This document shows, piece by piece, positions 47,944 to 56,502 of a DNA stretch of 64,000 nt. The notes under the pieces are model-generated. The model worked only from the letters and a program-made list of their open reading frames with translations, was not told the DNA's origin and ran no database searches. Each line of letters opens with the position of its first letter. Position 1 is the stretch's first letter. Both the position numbers and the translations under genes were made by a program. The DNA is from a virus (taxonomy: Duplodnaviria > Caudoviricetes): the IMG/VR virus record IMGVR_UViG_3300014204_000009, positions 1 through 64,000 of that record, one strand, 5' to 3'.

Positions 47944-48289
47944 TAAGTAAATTAATAGCTTGTTTATCTTGTGAATTAAAGAATGATTTACGAATATTAA
48001 AATATTCTACTACTGTATCTATTGAAACGTTATTTAAATTTATATATGGTTCTTTAGTAGTATTATTTATTAGAATAGGTTTTGTTATATTTATTCCAAA
48101 ATCTTTTATGAGTTTATAATATAAATTATTTGTAATAGCTCGTAATCCACTATATTTATAGAATGCATATTGTGTTCCACTTTTAATATCTATCCATAAA
48201 CTTTCAATATCATGTTTAGAATCTTCTCTAAGATAACATTCAAATTTAATATTATCCATAAATTTACTAAATGGATCTCTATAATTCAT
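47918..48289 (-). CDS. hypothetical protein
   Basis: 123-aa ORF. Confidence 0.45.
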   Translation of the reverse strand: MNYRDPFSKFMDNIKFECYLREDSKHDIESLWIDIKSGTQYAFYKYSGLRAITNNLYYKLIKDFGINITKPILINNTTKEPYINLNNVSIDTVVEYFNIRKSFFNSQDKQAINLLIDWYYKHK

Positions 48290-48492
48290 ACTTTCATAAA
48301 TTGATCTAATTTATATCTTCTTCCATAATAAGTAACATACATAATACCATTATTAGTACATTTTATAAATTGCCAATGACTAACTTTACCATAATATCTA
48401 AGTCTAGCTTGTAACATTTCATTATATAACTCAATCTCTAATCCTCCATGATTAGAAAGAGTAAGACTACCATGTGGTATAAAAGTACTCAT
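48286..48492 (-). CDS. hypothetical protein
   Basis: 68 aa; ATGA overlaps at both ends. Confidence 0.5.
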   Translation of the reverse strand: MSTFIPHGSLTLSNHGGLEIELYNEMLQARLRYYGKVSHWQFIKCTNNGIMYVTYYGRRYKLDQFMKV

Positions 48493-48749
48493 ATAAATTT
48501 ACCTTTATTTTCATTAATAACTTCTTTTTTAATTCTCTTTTTAGGTATAAGATTATCTTTATTAATATAACCTTTTGCATGAAGTCTATCAATAAAATCA
48601 TTTATTGTATTAGCAGTTATACCTCTATACATAAAAGTATATTCAAATTTACTTCCCTGTGTTTTAGATATATGTATAGTAATAAGAGCATATTTACTTA
48701 GAGGTTCTGTTTGTAATTCAGTTAGAATCTTCTGTAACAACTTTTCCAT
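48489..48749 (-). CDS. hypothetical protein
   Basis: 86-aa ORF. Confidence 0.45.
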   Translation of the reverse strand: MEKLLQKILTELQTEPLSKYALITIHISKTQGSKFEYTFMYRGITANTINDFIDRLHAKGYINKDNLIPKKRIKKEVINENKGKFI

Positions 48750-49182
48750 TTTTAGTAACTTTTAAAATTAATGCATAATCAGGAAAATGTAAACTTTCTC
48801 TAGCACAATTGAAAGATGATTCACTATCATGATGTAGTATAGGACTCATTCTTTCTTTCTCTCTAATATGAGGATCAGTTTCTTGATTACAAAAACAAGG
48901 ATAATAACTTTGACTTGTTTTAGTATCTTTATTCCAATATAAACCCTTAGTAACTATAATTCTAGATATAACACTATTTGAAGGATTACCTTTACCAAAT
49001 GCAATTATATCTTTAGGATTAATACCAAATTCATTATTAAATATAGAAGTAACTTCAGCTAGAGTTTTACTATATAGTTCATGAATTCTATCATTAATAG
49101 ATTTATCAATACTAATTAATATAATATCTCTTTCTTCACTTGAATAGAGATTTACTGATTTACCTTTAAATTTATGAGTCAT
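48718..49182 (-). CDS. hypothetical protein
   Basis: 154-aa ORF. Confidence 0.5.
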   Translation of the reverse strand: MTHKFKGKSVNLYSSEERDIILISIDKSINDRIHELYSKTLAEVTSIFNNEFGINPKDIIAFGKGNPSNSVISRIIVTKGLYWNKDTKTSQSYYPCFCNQETDPHIREKERMSPILHHDSESSFNCARESLHFPDYALILKVTKNGKVVTEDSN

Positions 49183-49186
49183 AATA

Positions 49187-49414
49187 TTATATTTTTATTT
49201 CTTCTATAAGTGAAGTGATAGCAGCACAATGATACTTAATTTCTTCTTTAATTTTATCTATATTTATATATATATTTTTATGTGTATCATTTAAATCAGG
49301 TAAACTCCAATCAGGATCAAAATACATACATCTAATACAATATCTTTTACCATGCATAATTTGCATATTACAATCATGGCACCCACCATGAAATATAATC
49401 ATATTTGTATTCAT
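49187..49414 (-). CDS. small Zn-binding-like protein
   Basis: CHDC...CIRC. Confidence 0.45.
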   Translation of the reverse strand: MNTNMIIFHGGCHDCNMQIMHGKRYCIRCMYFDPDWSLPDLNDTHKNIYINIDKIKEEIKYHCAAITSLIEEIKI

Positions 49415-50541
49415 AATACTTTAAATTTATAATTTATATAATCTTTTAATACATTAGGAGAAACAATAACTGCAAGTTCATAAAAATCTTTATATTCATA
49501 TTCACCTTTAAATTCATCTTTAAATTTAGATAGTTTTTGATATAAAACTTCAAGAGATTGAATAGAGGGTAAATCATGATATAAACCTTTTATAGTATTT
49601 TCAGGAATACCTCCTACTTTATTACCAATAAATATAGGAATTAACTTATATTTATAATAATGGTAAAAAGCAGTAACTATTCCAGAAGGATCATAATCTG
49701 TATTAAGATAAATAGTTTTATATACTGTTCTTAATGCAGTAATTTCTTCAACACTTAATCTAATACTTTCAGAAGATAAGTTAGTAACACAATATCTTTC
49801 TGGTAAATAAGATCGTAATATAATTCGATCTTTATAGCTTTTAGTTATTACTAAATTATCAGCTTTATATAATCTATTAATACCTTCAAAATTATATTTA
49901 TTATTAGTAATAAATCTAACTTTAGTCTTGTCCCGCAGAGGGAAGTAAAGTTTAATTAAACTTTTCTTTTCAATAAGATCAAAAAAATAAGCATAACAAG
50001 GATCAGTTTTAACATAATTATAATAAGATATAGAATGAGATATTACATTAGCTGTATCAACAGGATATACACCTTCTTCTTTTAGTAGTTCTAATTTAGT
50101 ATGTATTCCTACTAACCAAAATCTAATACCAAAACTATCCCAATGTCTTTGCTCAAATTTAATTATAGTATCTGATTTTCTTCTATCAGTATTAGTTTGT
50201 GCAGGTATATTACCAATAGCTGAATTATCAATAATATGTTTACATATCTTAACAAATCCATCTTTAGTTAAAGTATTATTATTAGTAATTAATCCTACTA
50301 AATCAAATATATCTCCTCTAAATGTAGTATTACCATAATCATACATTCTTACTTTATTGTTAGATATAGAGAATGTTAATGAACCTGTTTCTTCCATTCT
50401 CATAGGATTGATAATCTTCTTATTATTATGAATACAATTAAGAATATCAGCTTCACTAACACCTAAGTATTTACTAAATAATTCAACCTGATTATAGTTT
50501 GTTAGAATAAAATCTTTAATAGATGTTAAACTTAGTTTCAT
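49411..50541 (-). CDS. DNA primase (crAss-like TOPRIM)
   Basis: INPMR.E, MYDYG..FRGDIFD, KLYFP, ITKSYKD, SES and DYD.SG motifs. Confidence 0.75.
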   Translation of the reverse strand: MKLSLTSIKDFILTNYNQVELFSKYLGVSEADILNCIHNNKKIINPMRMEETGSLTFSISNNKVRMYDYGNTTFRGDIFDLVGLITNNNTLTKDGFVKICKHIIDNSAIGNIPAQTNTDRRKSDTIIKFEQRHWDSFGIRFWLVGIHTKLELLKEEGVYPVDTANVISHSISYYNYVKTDPCYAYFFDLIEKKSLIKLYFPLRDKTKVRFITNNKYNFEGINRLYKADNLVITKSYKDRIILRSYLPERYCVTNLSSESIRLSVEEITALRTVYKTIYLNTDYDPSGIVTAFYHYYKYKLIPIFIGNKVGGIPENTIKGLYHDLPSIQSLEVLYQKLSKFKDEFKGEYEYKDFYELAVIVSPNVLKDYINYKFKVL

Positions 50542-50562
50542 AATAATATATTTAATATTAAT

Positions 50563-50601
50563 AAAAATAGGAGAATTAGATGTTATAATATCTAACTCTC
50601 C
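50563..50601 (-). terminator. possible intrinsic terminator
   Basis: Imperfect hairpin GGAGAATTAGAT...ATCTAACTCTCC with an A-run on the left. Confidence 0.45.
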
Positions 50602-50610
50602 AATTTTGGA

Positions 50611-51417
50611 CTATTCTGACTTTTTACCTTTTAACAAAGCTTGACGTACAGGATCATCAACTTCATCTTCAACGTTATCTCTTCCAGCTACTTGAGCAGC
50701 AGGCATAGTTGCAGCTTTAAGTTCTGTACTTTCTGATGGTCTGAAACGTAATGTAGTATCAATCTTTCCATCTTTTGTTGCATAAGGTTCAATAAACCCT
50801 TCAGTAACATAATGTGGAAATGCAAGATACATACTTCTACCATCACGAGTAGGAGTAGCAATCAGTTTCATCGTAGTTACAATACTCTTTCCATTAACAT
50901 CCAACCAAATTGGTTTTTCTTCTCCAATACCTTTAAATGAATTAAAGATAATATTAAAGAATTCTTTAAATTCAGCAAGACGAGTTTCAGGAGTAGAAGT
51001 AGTATCAGTAGTAAAATCAGGAATAACAGTGATAGGACGATAATTAGGAGATTTAGCTTTCTTATAAGCATCATGAATATGCTTAATTCTCTTCCATAAT
51101 TCAGTAATCATATTTACATAATCACTATCCTTAATAGGTTCACCGTTCTTCTTAATCCTGGCAATAGGTAATTCACTATGTGTAAAGAACCTATCAGGAT
51201 CTTCTACTGAAAGTTTATAATTAGTGAAATGAAAAGCAATTCTAGGAACTGTTAATCCTTTATATTCCCATTCACTATCAGCATCAATAGTTGATTCAGT
51301 AAGTTCAATACTTTCTAATTGTCCAATACAAAGATTTTTATTAATTGGACTTGGTTCAAATTTCAATCTAGATGTTACTTCTGCATTGACATCTAACTTA
51401 ATCTTATTTTCACTCAT
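50611..51417 (-). CDS. conserved crAss-like replication-region protein (possibly ssDNA-binding)
   Basis: 268 aa with an acidic tail, between primase and the SSB-like gene. Confidence 0.45.
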   Translation of the reverse strand: MSENKIKLDVNAEVTSRLKFEPSPINKNLCIGQLESIELTESTIDADSEWEYKGLTVPRIAFHFTNYKLSVEDPDRFFTHSELPIARIKKNGEPIKDSDYVNMITELWKRIKHIHDAYKKAKSPNYRPITVIPDFTTDTTSTPETRLAEFKEFFNIIFNSFKGIGEEKPIWLDVNGKSIVTTMKLIATPTRDGRSMYLAFPHYVTEGFIEPYATKDGKIDTTLRFRPSESTELKAATMPAAQVAGRDNVEDEVDDPVRQALLKGKKSE

Positions 51418-51455
51418 AATTGTAATTTTATTAGATTGTTTGTTAAATAAATTAT

Positions 51456-51496
51456 AAAAAAAATTAAAGGGAAGGAGATTTAATCCTCCCCTTTAA
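51456..51496 (-). terminator. intrinsic terminator
   Basis: TTAAAGGGAAGGA-gatttaa-TCCTCCCCTTTAA hairpin with an A8 run on the left. Confidence 0.7.
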
Positions 51497-51514
51497 AGTA
51501 AAATTTAAATTATA

Positions 51515-52123
51515 TTATGCTTTAGGAGTAGCACCTTCTTCTTCAATCTGCGGTTTATGTTCCACAAACTTCAAATCAGTAACAGAGAAAAGTAATACTT
51601 CAACTCCATCTACTACCTCAACTGGTTCATGTTTACTATCAACTACATTATAAGGAACAAGAGTAGCTGTACCTTTCTTAAGAGCAATATATCCTTTCTG
51701 AATCTTATTATCTTTAAGTTTAATTTCACGAGAAATAGCCATATTCCTAGCAACCAACTGATCTCCAGTAATTTCAGTAATTTCCATATCTTCAGTTACC
51801 ATAGCACCCCATGCGATATTGAAACTAAAATTACCTCCATCACCTAATCTAGCTCCCTGCTGAACTTTATTCCAAAGGAATCCAGCACTAATATAAAAAC
51901 GATCATTAGCATGGTCAGTAACACCTTCTTGTCCTGCCATATCATACAGTACAACATGATCACCTTTACCTACTCCTAACAACTTAAGAGCTTTTTCACT
52001 CAATGAGAATGTATTATAGGTGGAATTTACACTAAGAATAGGATCAGCTCCACCAGAAACTTTACTACCACTTTTAAGCATACCTTGACGGAATGCTAAA
52101 CCACTAAAACGATTTTCTTCCAT
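51515..52123 (-). CDS. crAss-like SSB-like/highly expressed replication protein
   Basis: 202 aa, followed by a strong terminator, in the replication cluster; the function is inferred from position. Confidence 0.4.
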   Translation of the reverse strand: MEENRFSGLAFRQGMLKSGSKVSGGADPILSVNSTYNTFSLSEKALKLLGVGKGDHVVLYDMAGQEGVTDHANDRFYISAGFLWNKVQQGARLGDGGNFSFNIAWGAMVTEDMEITEITGDQLVARNMAISREIKLKDNKIQKGYIALKKGTATLVPYNVVDSKHEPVEVVDGVEVLLFSVTDLKFVEHKPQIEEEGATPKA

Positions 52124-52306
52124 TGTTTGTTAATTTTACTTGTTAGTACTAAATTTAGTATTTCAATTATAATTGATATAATCCTTTCTAATATTATTAT
52201 TCTTTACAGCTATCATAACTTACAGATTACGTATTGGATATCTTCCATGAGTTTAGTAAGTAGAAGGATAAAGTAAAATAATTATAGTTAGAATCAATAA
52301 GTCAAT

Positions 52307-53260
52307 TCATTCTTTAACTTCTTCAGCTTCTTGAATAGGAGTATTAATATATTCTACATTCTCACCCATATCCATAACTTCTTCATCAGTATATATACCT
52401 TGAAGTTTATCAGCAACAAAAATCCTGCCAGAAATACTTATATTTCTATTTCTAAGCATTTGAGCAGGATTATCATTCCAATTACTTTTACCAGTAATTA
52501 CTTGAGATACTAGTTTACCTTTATCTTCAACTACCATATAAGAATGATAACCTCTAAGTAAACCAGCATCTATCATTTCTTGAGTAGAAAGATGAAATAT
52601 CTCATCTATATTCTTATCAGGTCTAATATATCTAATACTAGTTACAAATGTAGTATCAGTACCTCTTACTATTACTAATTTACCTTCATCTTCTGCATTA
52701 GTAACATCTTCTAATGTAGTAGTACCTTTAATATATATAAAGAAATCAGGTTTTAAAACACCTTCTTTATCATATACTTTATACTTATGTCCTACATAAG
52801 CATTAGTTCTAAAATCATAATATTTAGGAGTAGCTGCATAATCTCTAATAATATCTAATTTAGTTCCAGTATCTAAAAACATCTTAGAAATTATATCAAC
52901 AGCTGTATACATAACATTACCATTCTTGGTTTCAATGTTATATATTTTAGATATAGAAGTAATAGGATCAATACCCATACTTCTACCTTTAAGAACACTT
53001 AGATAAGACTTAGCATTTAAAGTTTTACCTAAAGCAACAGCAGACATAGGAGGAATACCAATTTCTAAACCTATTGAAATTGCACCTACTACATCTGCTG
53101 GATTAACCTTTCCATCAGCACCTTTCTTGAACTCTTTAGTAAGGTCTGAATCAACTATTTCTAATACAAACTTCTTAATTTTATCTATATCTCTAAAAGG
53201 ATCAAGCTTTTCAATCCTTCTAATAGATTTATCATTATATTTACTGATAGTTTCATTCAT
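52307..53260 (-). CDS. RecT/Bet-like ssDNA-annealing protein
   Basis: GLEIGIPPM, GRSMGIDP, AGL..K.NW..NPAQMLRNR and QGIYTDEE motifs. Confidence 0.6.
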   Translation of the reverse strand: MNETISKYNDKSIRRIEKLDPFRDIDKIKKFVLEIVDSDLTKEFKKGADGKVNPADVVGAISIGLEIGIPPMSAVALGKTLNAKSYLSVLKGRSMGIDPITSISKIYNIETKNGNVMYTAVDIISKMFLDTGTKLDIIRDYAATPKYYDFRTNAYVGHKYKVYDKEGVLKPDFFIYIKGTTTLEDVTNAEDEGKLVIVRGTDTTFVTSIRYIRPDKNIDEIFHLSTQEMIDAGLLRGYHSYMVVEDKGKLVSQVITGKSNWNDNPAQMLRNRNISISGRIFVADKLQGIYTDEEVMDMGENVEYINTPIQEAEEVKE

Positions 53261-53302
53261 AAGTGGTTACAATTTATGGTTAAAATATGGTCGAAAAAGA
53301 CC

Positions 53303-53334
53303 GCTAAAATACTACTTTTTATTGATTAAGTCAA
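53303..53334 (-). promoter_or_regulatory. putative host-RNAP promoter
   Basis: On the - strand: TTGACT-17 bp-TATTTT(AGC). TATTTTAG also resembles the Bacteroidota -7 element TAnnTTTG. A GGTC/GACC hairpin follows (53289-53302). Confidence 0.55.
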
Positions 53335-53362
53335 GCTATTTTTTAGAAAGATACTAACAATG

Positions 53363-54859
53363 CTACTCAATCAAATCTATTAAATTTAAGGTTACAATGT
53401 CATTTCTATTATTAGACTGTCTAAGATAAAGTTTAGTTTTATCTCTACTCTTTACAAATTCAACTTCTCCTTCTTCATTAATAATCTTGAAATCATCAAA
53501 GTATAAATTATAGATTTTAGTAACTTTATTAAGATTATAAATATCTACAGTCTTTCCTCTTGCACTTCTTTGTGAATATTGCATAGGATTAGCTGTACCA
53601 GCAGTAGTTATAACTTGTTCAAGTGAAGCAATAGTTAATCCTTCATCTAAAGCTCTTGCAGTAGATAAGAATGTATATGTTCCATCTCTCATTCCTTCGA
53701 TAGCTAATTTCTTAACACTATCTTTACCAAACTTCTTAATTTCTCCAGCACGAACTGATCTTTCACCATATAAAATCCAAGTACCAGTTATAGGATCAAT
53801 CATAGGAGCAGTAGCAATATTAGAATGATAACATATTGCACATCTTTTAATATTATTATTTATAGCATCACATATTACATCTGCAAAAGAAGTAGATTCA
53901 TTAAAGCAAATAGTTGAAACAGGATTATTCTTAAATATAGTTAATACAGCATTTAATTTAACTATACTATTTACTAGTAAATCATTACGTTTAGCAATAG
54001 ATTTATTAAATTTATAAGCCATATCTTTAATATATTCATCAGTCCATTCATTAGCAAGATCAGTATTCCAGCTTAATTGTGCTCTAATACCTTCTCTTAC
54101 TTCTTCAGCTTTCATATATCTATATACAGTAGATTTACCACTATAACAAGCTATAATTAAATCAAAATCATTATTGAATACATAACTTCCATCTTTCCAT
54201 CTAAATTTCTTATATAAATCTTTAAACTTCTTTAGTACATCTTTAATAATATTAGAATAATGTCTATATTCAAGTTTATCATTTTCTGGAAACTCAAGTG
54301 GAACATTAAATTCAATAAAACTAGATATCCAACCATTCTTAAGTGCTTCTTCTTCAGTTATAATATCAACTATTGGAGCATAAGAAACAATCTTACTTCT
54401 CATATCTCCTCCTGGCATTGAACCAGTAAGACACATAAGATATTTATTATTAATTATTTCTTTTCTAAGTAATCTTATTCTTTTATCACTAGTAAATCTA
54501 TGAACTTCATCAATAATTAATAGATCACAAGTAATTTTTAGTTCTTCATCAATTACTTGATTTGCAGTATATACTCTAATATAATCTACAATAGATTGAT
54601 TTAAAGTATATGGTTCAGGAAGTTTCTCAATTATTGAATATTTAGTAATTTGATCTTCCCATTCTTGTTTAACTGCAACACTAGGTGTAACAATTACAAT
54701 ATCTACTTTATCATTCTTTACTAACATTTTATTGATAGCTAATAAAGCAACTAGAGTTTTACCAAATCTCATTACTAAATTAAGTGTTCCTATACCACCT
54801 GCATTTCTCCATTTAATACTTGATAAATCTTGTCTAGCAAGTTTTGTTGAATCAATCAT
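53363..54859 (-). CDS. superfamily 2 helicase
   Basis: MRFGKT, IIDEVH, LTGS, LDEG and QRSAR motifs. Confidence 0.85.
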   Translation of the reverse strand: MIDSTKLARQDLSSIKWRNAGGIGTLNLVMRFGKTLVALLAINKMLVKNDKVDIVIVTPSVAVKQEWEDQITKYSIIEKLPEPYTLNQSIVDYIRVYTANQVIDEELKITCDLLIIDEVHRFTSDKRIRLLRKEIINNKYLMCLTGSMPGGDMRSKIVSYAPIVDIITEEEALKNGWISSFIEFNVPLEFPENDKLEYRHYSNIIKDVLKKFKDLYKKFRWKDGSYVFNNDFDLIIACYSGKSTVYRYMKAEEVREGIRAQLSWNTDLANEWTDEYIKDMAYKFNKSIAKRNDLLVNSIVKLNAVLTIFKNNPVSTICFNESTSFADVICDAINNNIKRCAICYHSNIATAPMIDPITGTWILYGERSVRAGEIKKFGKDSVKKLAIEGMRDGTYTFLSTARALDEGLTIASLEQVITTAGTANPMQYSQRSARGKTVDIYNLNKVTKIYNLYFDDFKIINEEGEVEFVKSRDKTKLYLRQSNNRNDIVTLNLIDLIE

Positions 54860-55083
54860 ATAGCATTTTCTATTGGTATAATTGTTATATAATATATCAT
54901 TTTAGGATAATTTGTAATATCATATTCAATTCTATCTACTTTTCCTGTTAAACTATAACTAGTAGTATCTCGAACAGTATCCCCTTGTTGTGGAATAGGA
55001 TCTTTCCAACTATCAAATCTATTTCTAATTGTAATATTTGCATTATCCTTACTAAACCCTCTAAATACAAATTCTACTATCAT
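54856..55083 (-). CDS. hypothetical protein
   Basis: 75-aa ORF. Confidence 0.45.
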   Translation of the reverse strand: MIVEFVFRGFSKDNANITIRNRFDSWKDPIPQQGDTVRDTTSYSLTGKVDRIEYDITNYPKMIYYITIIPIENAI

Positions 55084-55439
55084 ATTGATTTATCTTTTAA
55101 GAAGTTTTTAATTATAGTTATTCTTTTACTTTCTACTTTTGGTTTAAGATTAGTTTTACCTTTTGATCTACCTTTTGTAAAAGTAAACTTATCCATAATC
55201 TCATAGTATTTAACTTTCTCTTCTTCATCTACAGGTTCAAAGTTAAATGCTAATTCAAATGATTTAGGATTAGAAGTAAAATAAAGAACCTGACAAAATC
55301 TACCTGTAGAATACTCTATAGTTTCAGTTCTAACTATTTCTTGTTCTACAGGTATCTTACCATTTAAATCAGGTTCTTTATTTCTAGCTATTACTTTATC
55401 CCCAATAGAATAAGTAATAGGATCGAAGTTATTTTCCAT
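55080..55439 (-). CDS. hypothetical protein
   Basis: 119-aa ORF. Confidence 0.45.
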   Translation of the reverse strand: MENNFDPITYSIGDKVIARNKEPDLNGKIPVEQEIVRTETIEYSTGRFCQVLYFTSNPKSFELAFNFEPVDEEEKVKYYEIMDKFTFTKGRSKGKTNLKPKVESKRITIIKNFLKDKSI

Positions 55440-55620
55440 ATAATTGCGTATTCTTACTATGTTCTATTACAACCTCATCTAATGCCCATATTACTGCAGA
55501 ATTAGTTATTATAGTAAATACATCATCAACAATCTTTTTAACTTTATTATCATTAATTGGAGAATTATTAATTATTCCACTTAATATCATTTGTCTAATT
55601 GTAGCTTCTGCATCACTCAT
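55429..55620 (-). CDS. hypothetical protein
   Basis: 63-aa ORF. Confidence 0.4.
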   Translation of the reverse strand: MSDAEATIRQMILSGIINNSPINDNKVKKIVDDVFTIITNSAVIWALDEVVIEHSKNTQLYGK

Positions 55621-55868
55621 TTCTTTTTATTTTTAGGATTTAATACTCTAACTTTTTTAACTTTAATAGCATAGAAATAACAATATAGACCATCAATTTG
55701 CATATTAGGACCTATATAATTAGGTATATATTCTCTATTTAACTCTGCAGTAGTTTCTACTATTCCACGTTTATTAATAAATTTCTCTTTTATATTATAT
55801 CTACTATCTTTAGGATGAATATCAATAATTTCAACAATATCTCCAGGTTTTAAATTAATCTTTTTCAT
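55617..55868 (-). CDS. small KOW/SH3-like protein (paralog of 60417-60680)
   Basis: LKPGDIVEII. Confidence 0.45.
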   Translation of the reverse strand: MKKINLKPGDIVEIIDIHPKDSRYNIKEKFINKRGIVETTAELNREYIPNYIGPNMQIDGLYCYFYAIKVKKVRVLNPKNKKK

Positions 55869-55879
55869 AATTATAAGTT

Positions 55880-56176
55880 TTAATATTTTACACTAAGTAA
55901 TATAGTATATAATAGATTCTCTACATCTTCATCATTAGTATCATCTCTATATGCTCTATTCATAATAGTCCATTCATAATCATAATACTTATATTTAAAT
56001 TCCATTCCCTCAGAATTATATATAATAGGAAATTCTGGTGTACTAATTTCTTCTACTAAATATTTCATAAATGTAGAAGATATTTGTATTGTAAATATAG
56101 TTGCATTTGGTAAAGGATTATTTAATTTCATAATTCTATCCAAAGCTATTCTTTCTATAATTTTAATTAGTTTCAT
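55880..56176 (-). CDS. hypothetical protein
   Basis: 98-aa ORF. Confidence 0.45.
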   Translation of the reverse strand: MKLIKIIERIALDRIMKLNNPLPNATIFTIQISSTFMKYLVEEISTPEFPIIYNSEGMEFKYKYYDYEWTIMNRAYRDDTNDEDVENLLYTILLSVKY

Positions 56177-56179
56177 ATT

Positions 56180-56491
56180 CTATAATTTGGTAGATGTACA
56201 TACATATTTATTTACTATACCTTTATCTATACTATATAATATATCTCTGATCATATCTATTTTTTCAGTATAATTCACATCAATGTCTAAATTCATGCTT
56301 TTAAATAATAGATATGCAGGAGAAATAGATAATTCTATAGAAATTCTTTGAATAACTTTTATAGTAGGATTACCATGACCATTTTCAATTTGACTCATAT
56401 AAGTTTGAGAAATATTAACTTCTTTAGCAATAAATCCTTGACTTAATTTAAGTTCTTTTCTTCTATCTTTAATAGCTTTACCTATATTCAT
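56180..56491 (-). CDS. XRE-family HTH transcriptional regulator
   Basis: IGKAIKDRRKELKLSQGFIAKEVNISQTYMSQIENGHGNPT. Confidence 0.9.
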   Translation of the reverse strand: MNIGKAIKDRRKELKLSQGFIAKEVNISQTYMSQIENGHGNPTIKVIQRISIELSISPAYLLFKSMNLDIDVNYTEKIDMIRDILYSIDKGIVNKYVCTSTKL

Positions 56492-56502
56492 AATTTTAAA
56501 TA

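Noticed and set aside
52124-52306. Promoter or ncRNA in the 180-bp gap upstream of the SSB-like gene
   Set aside because: TTGACT and TATAAT are present on the - strand but only 13 bp apart, and there is no convincing structure.
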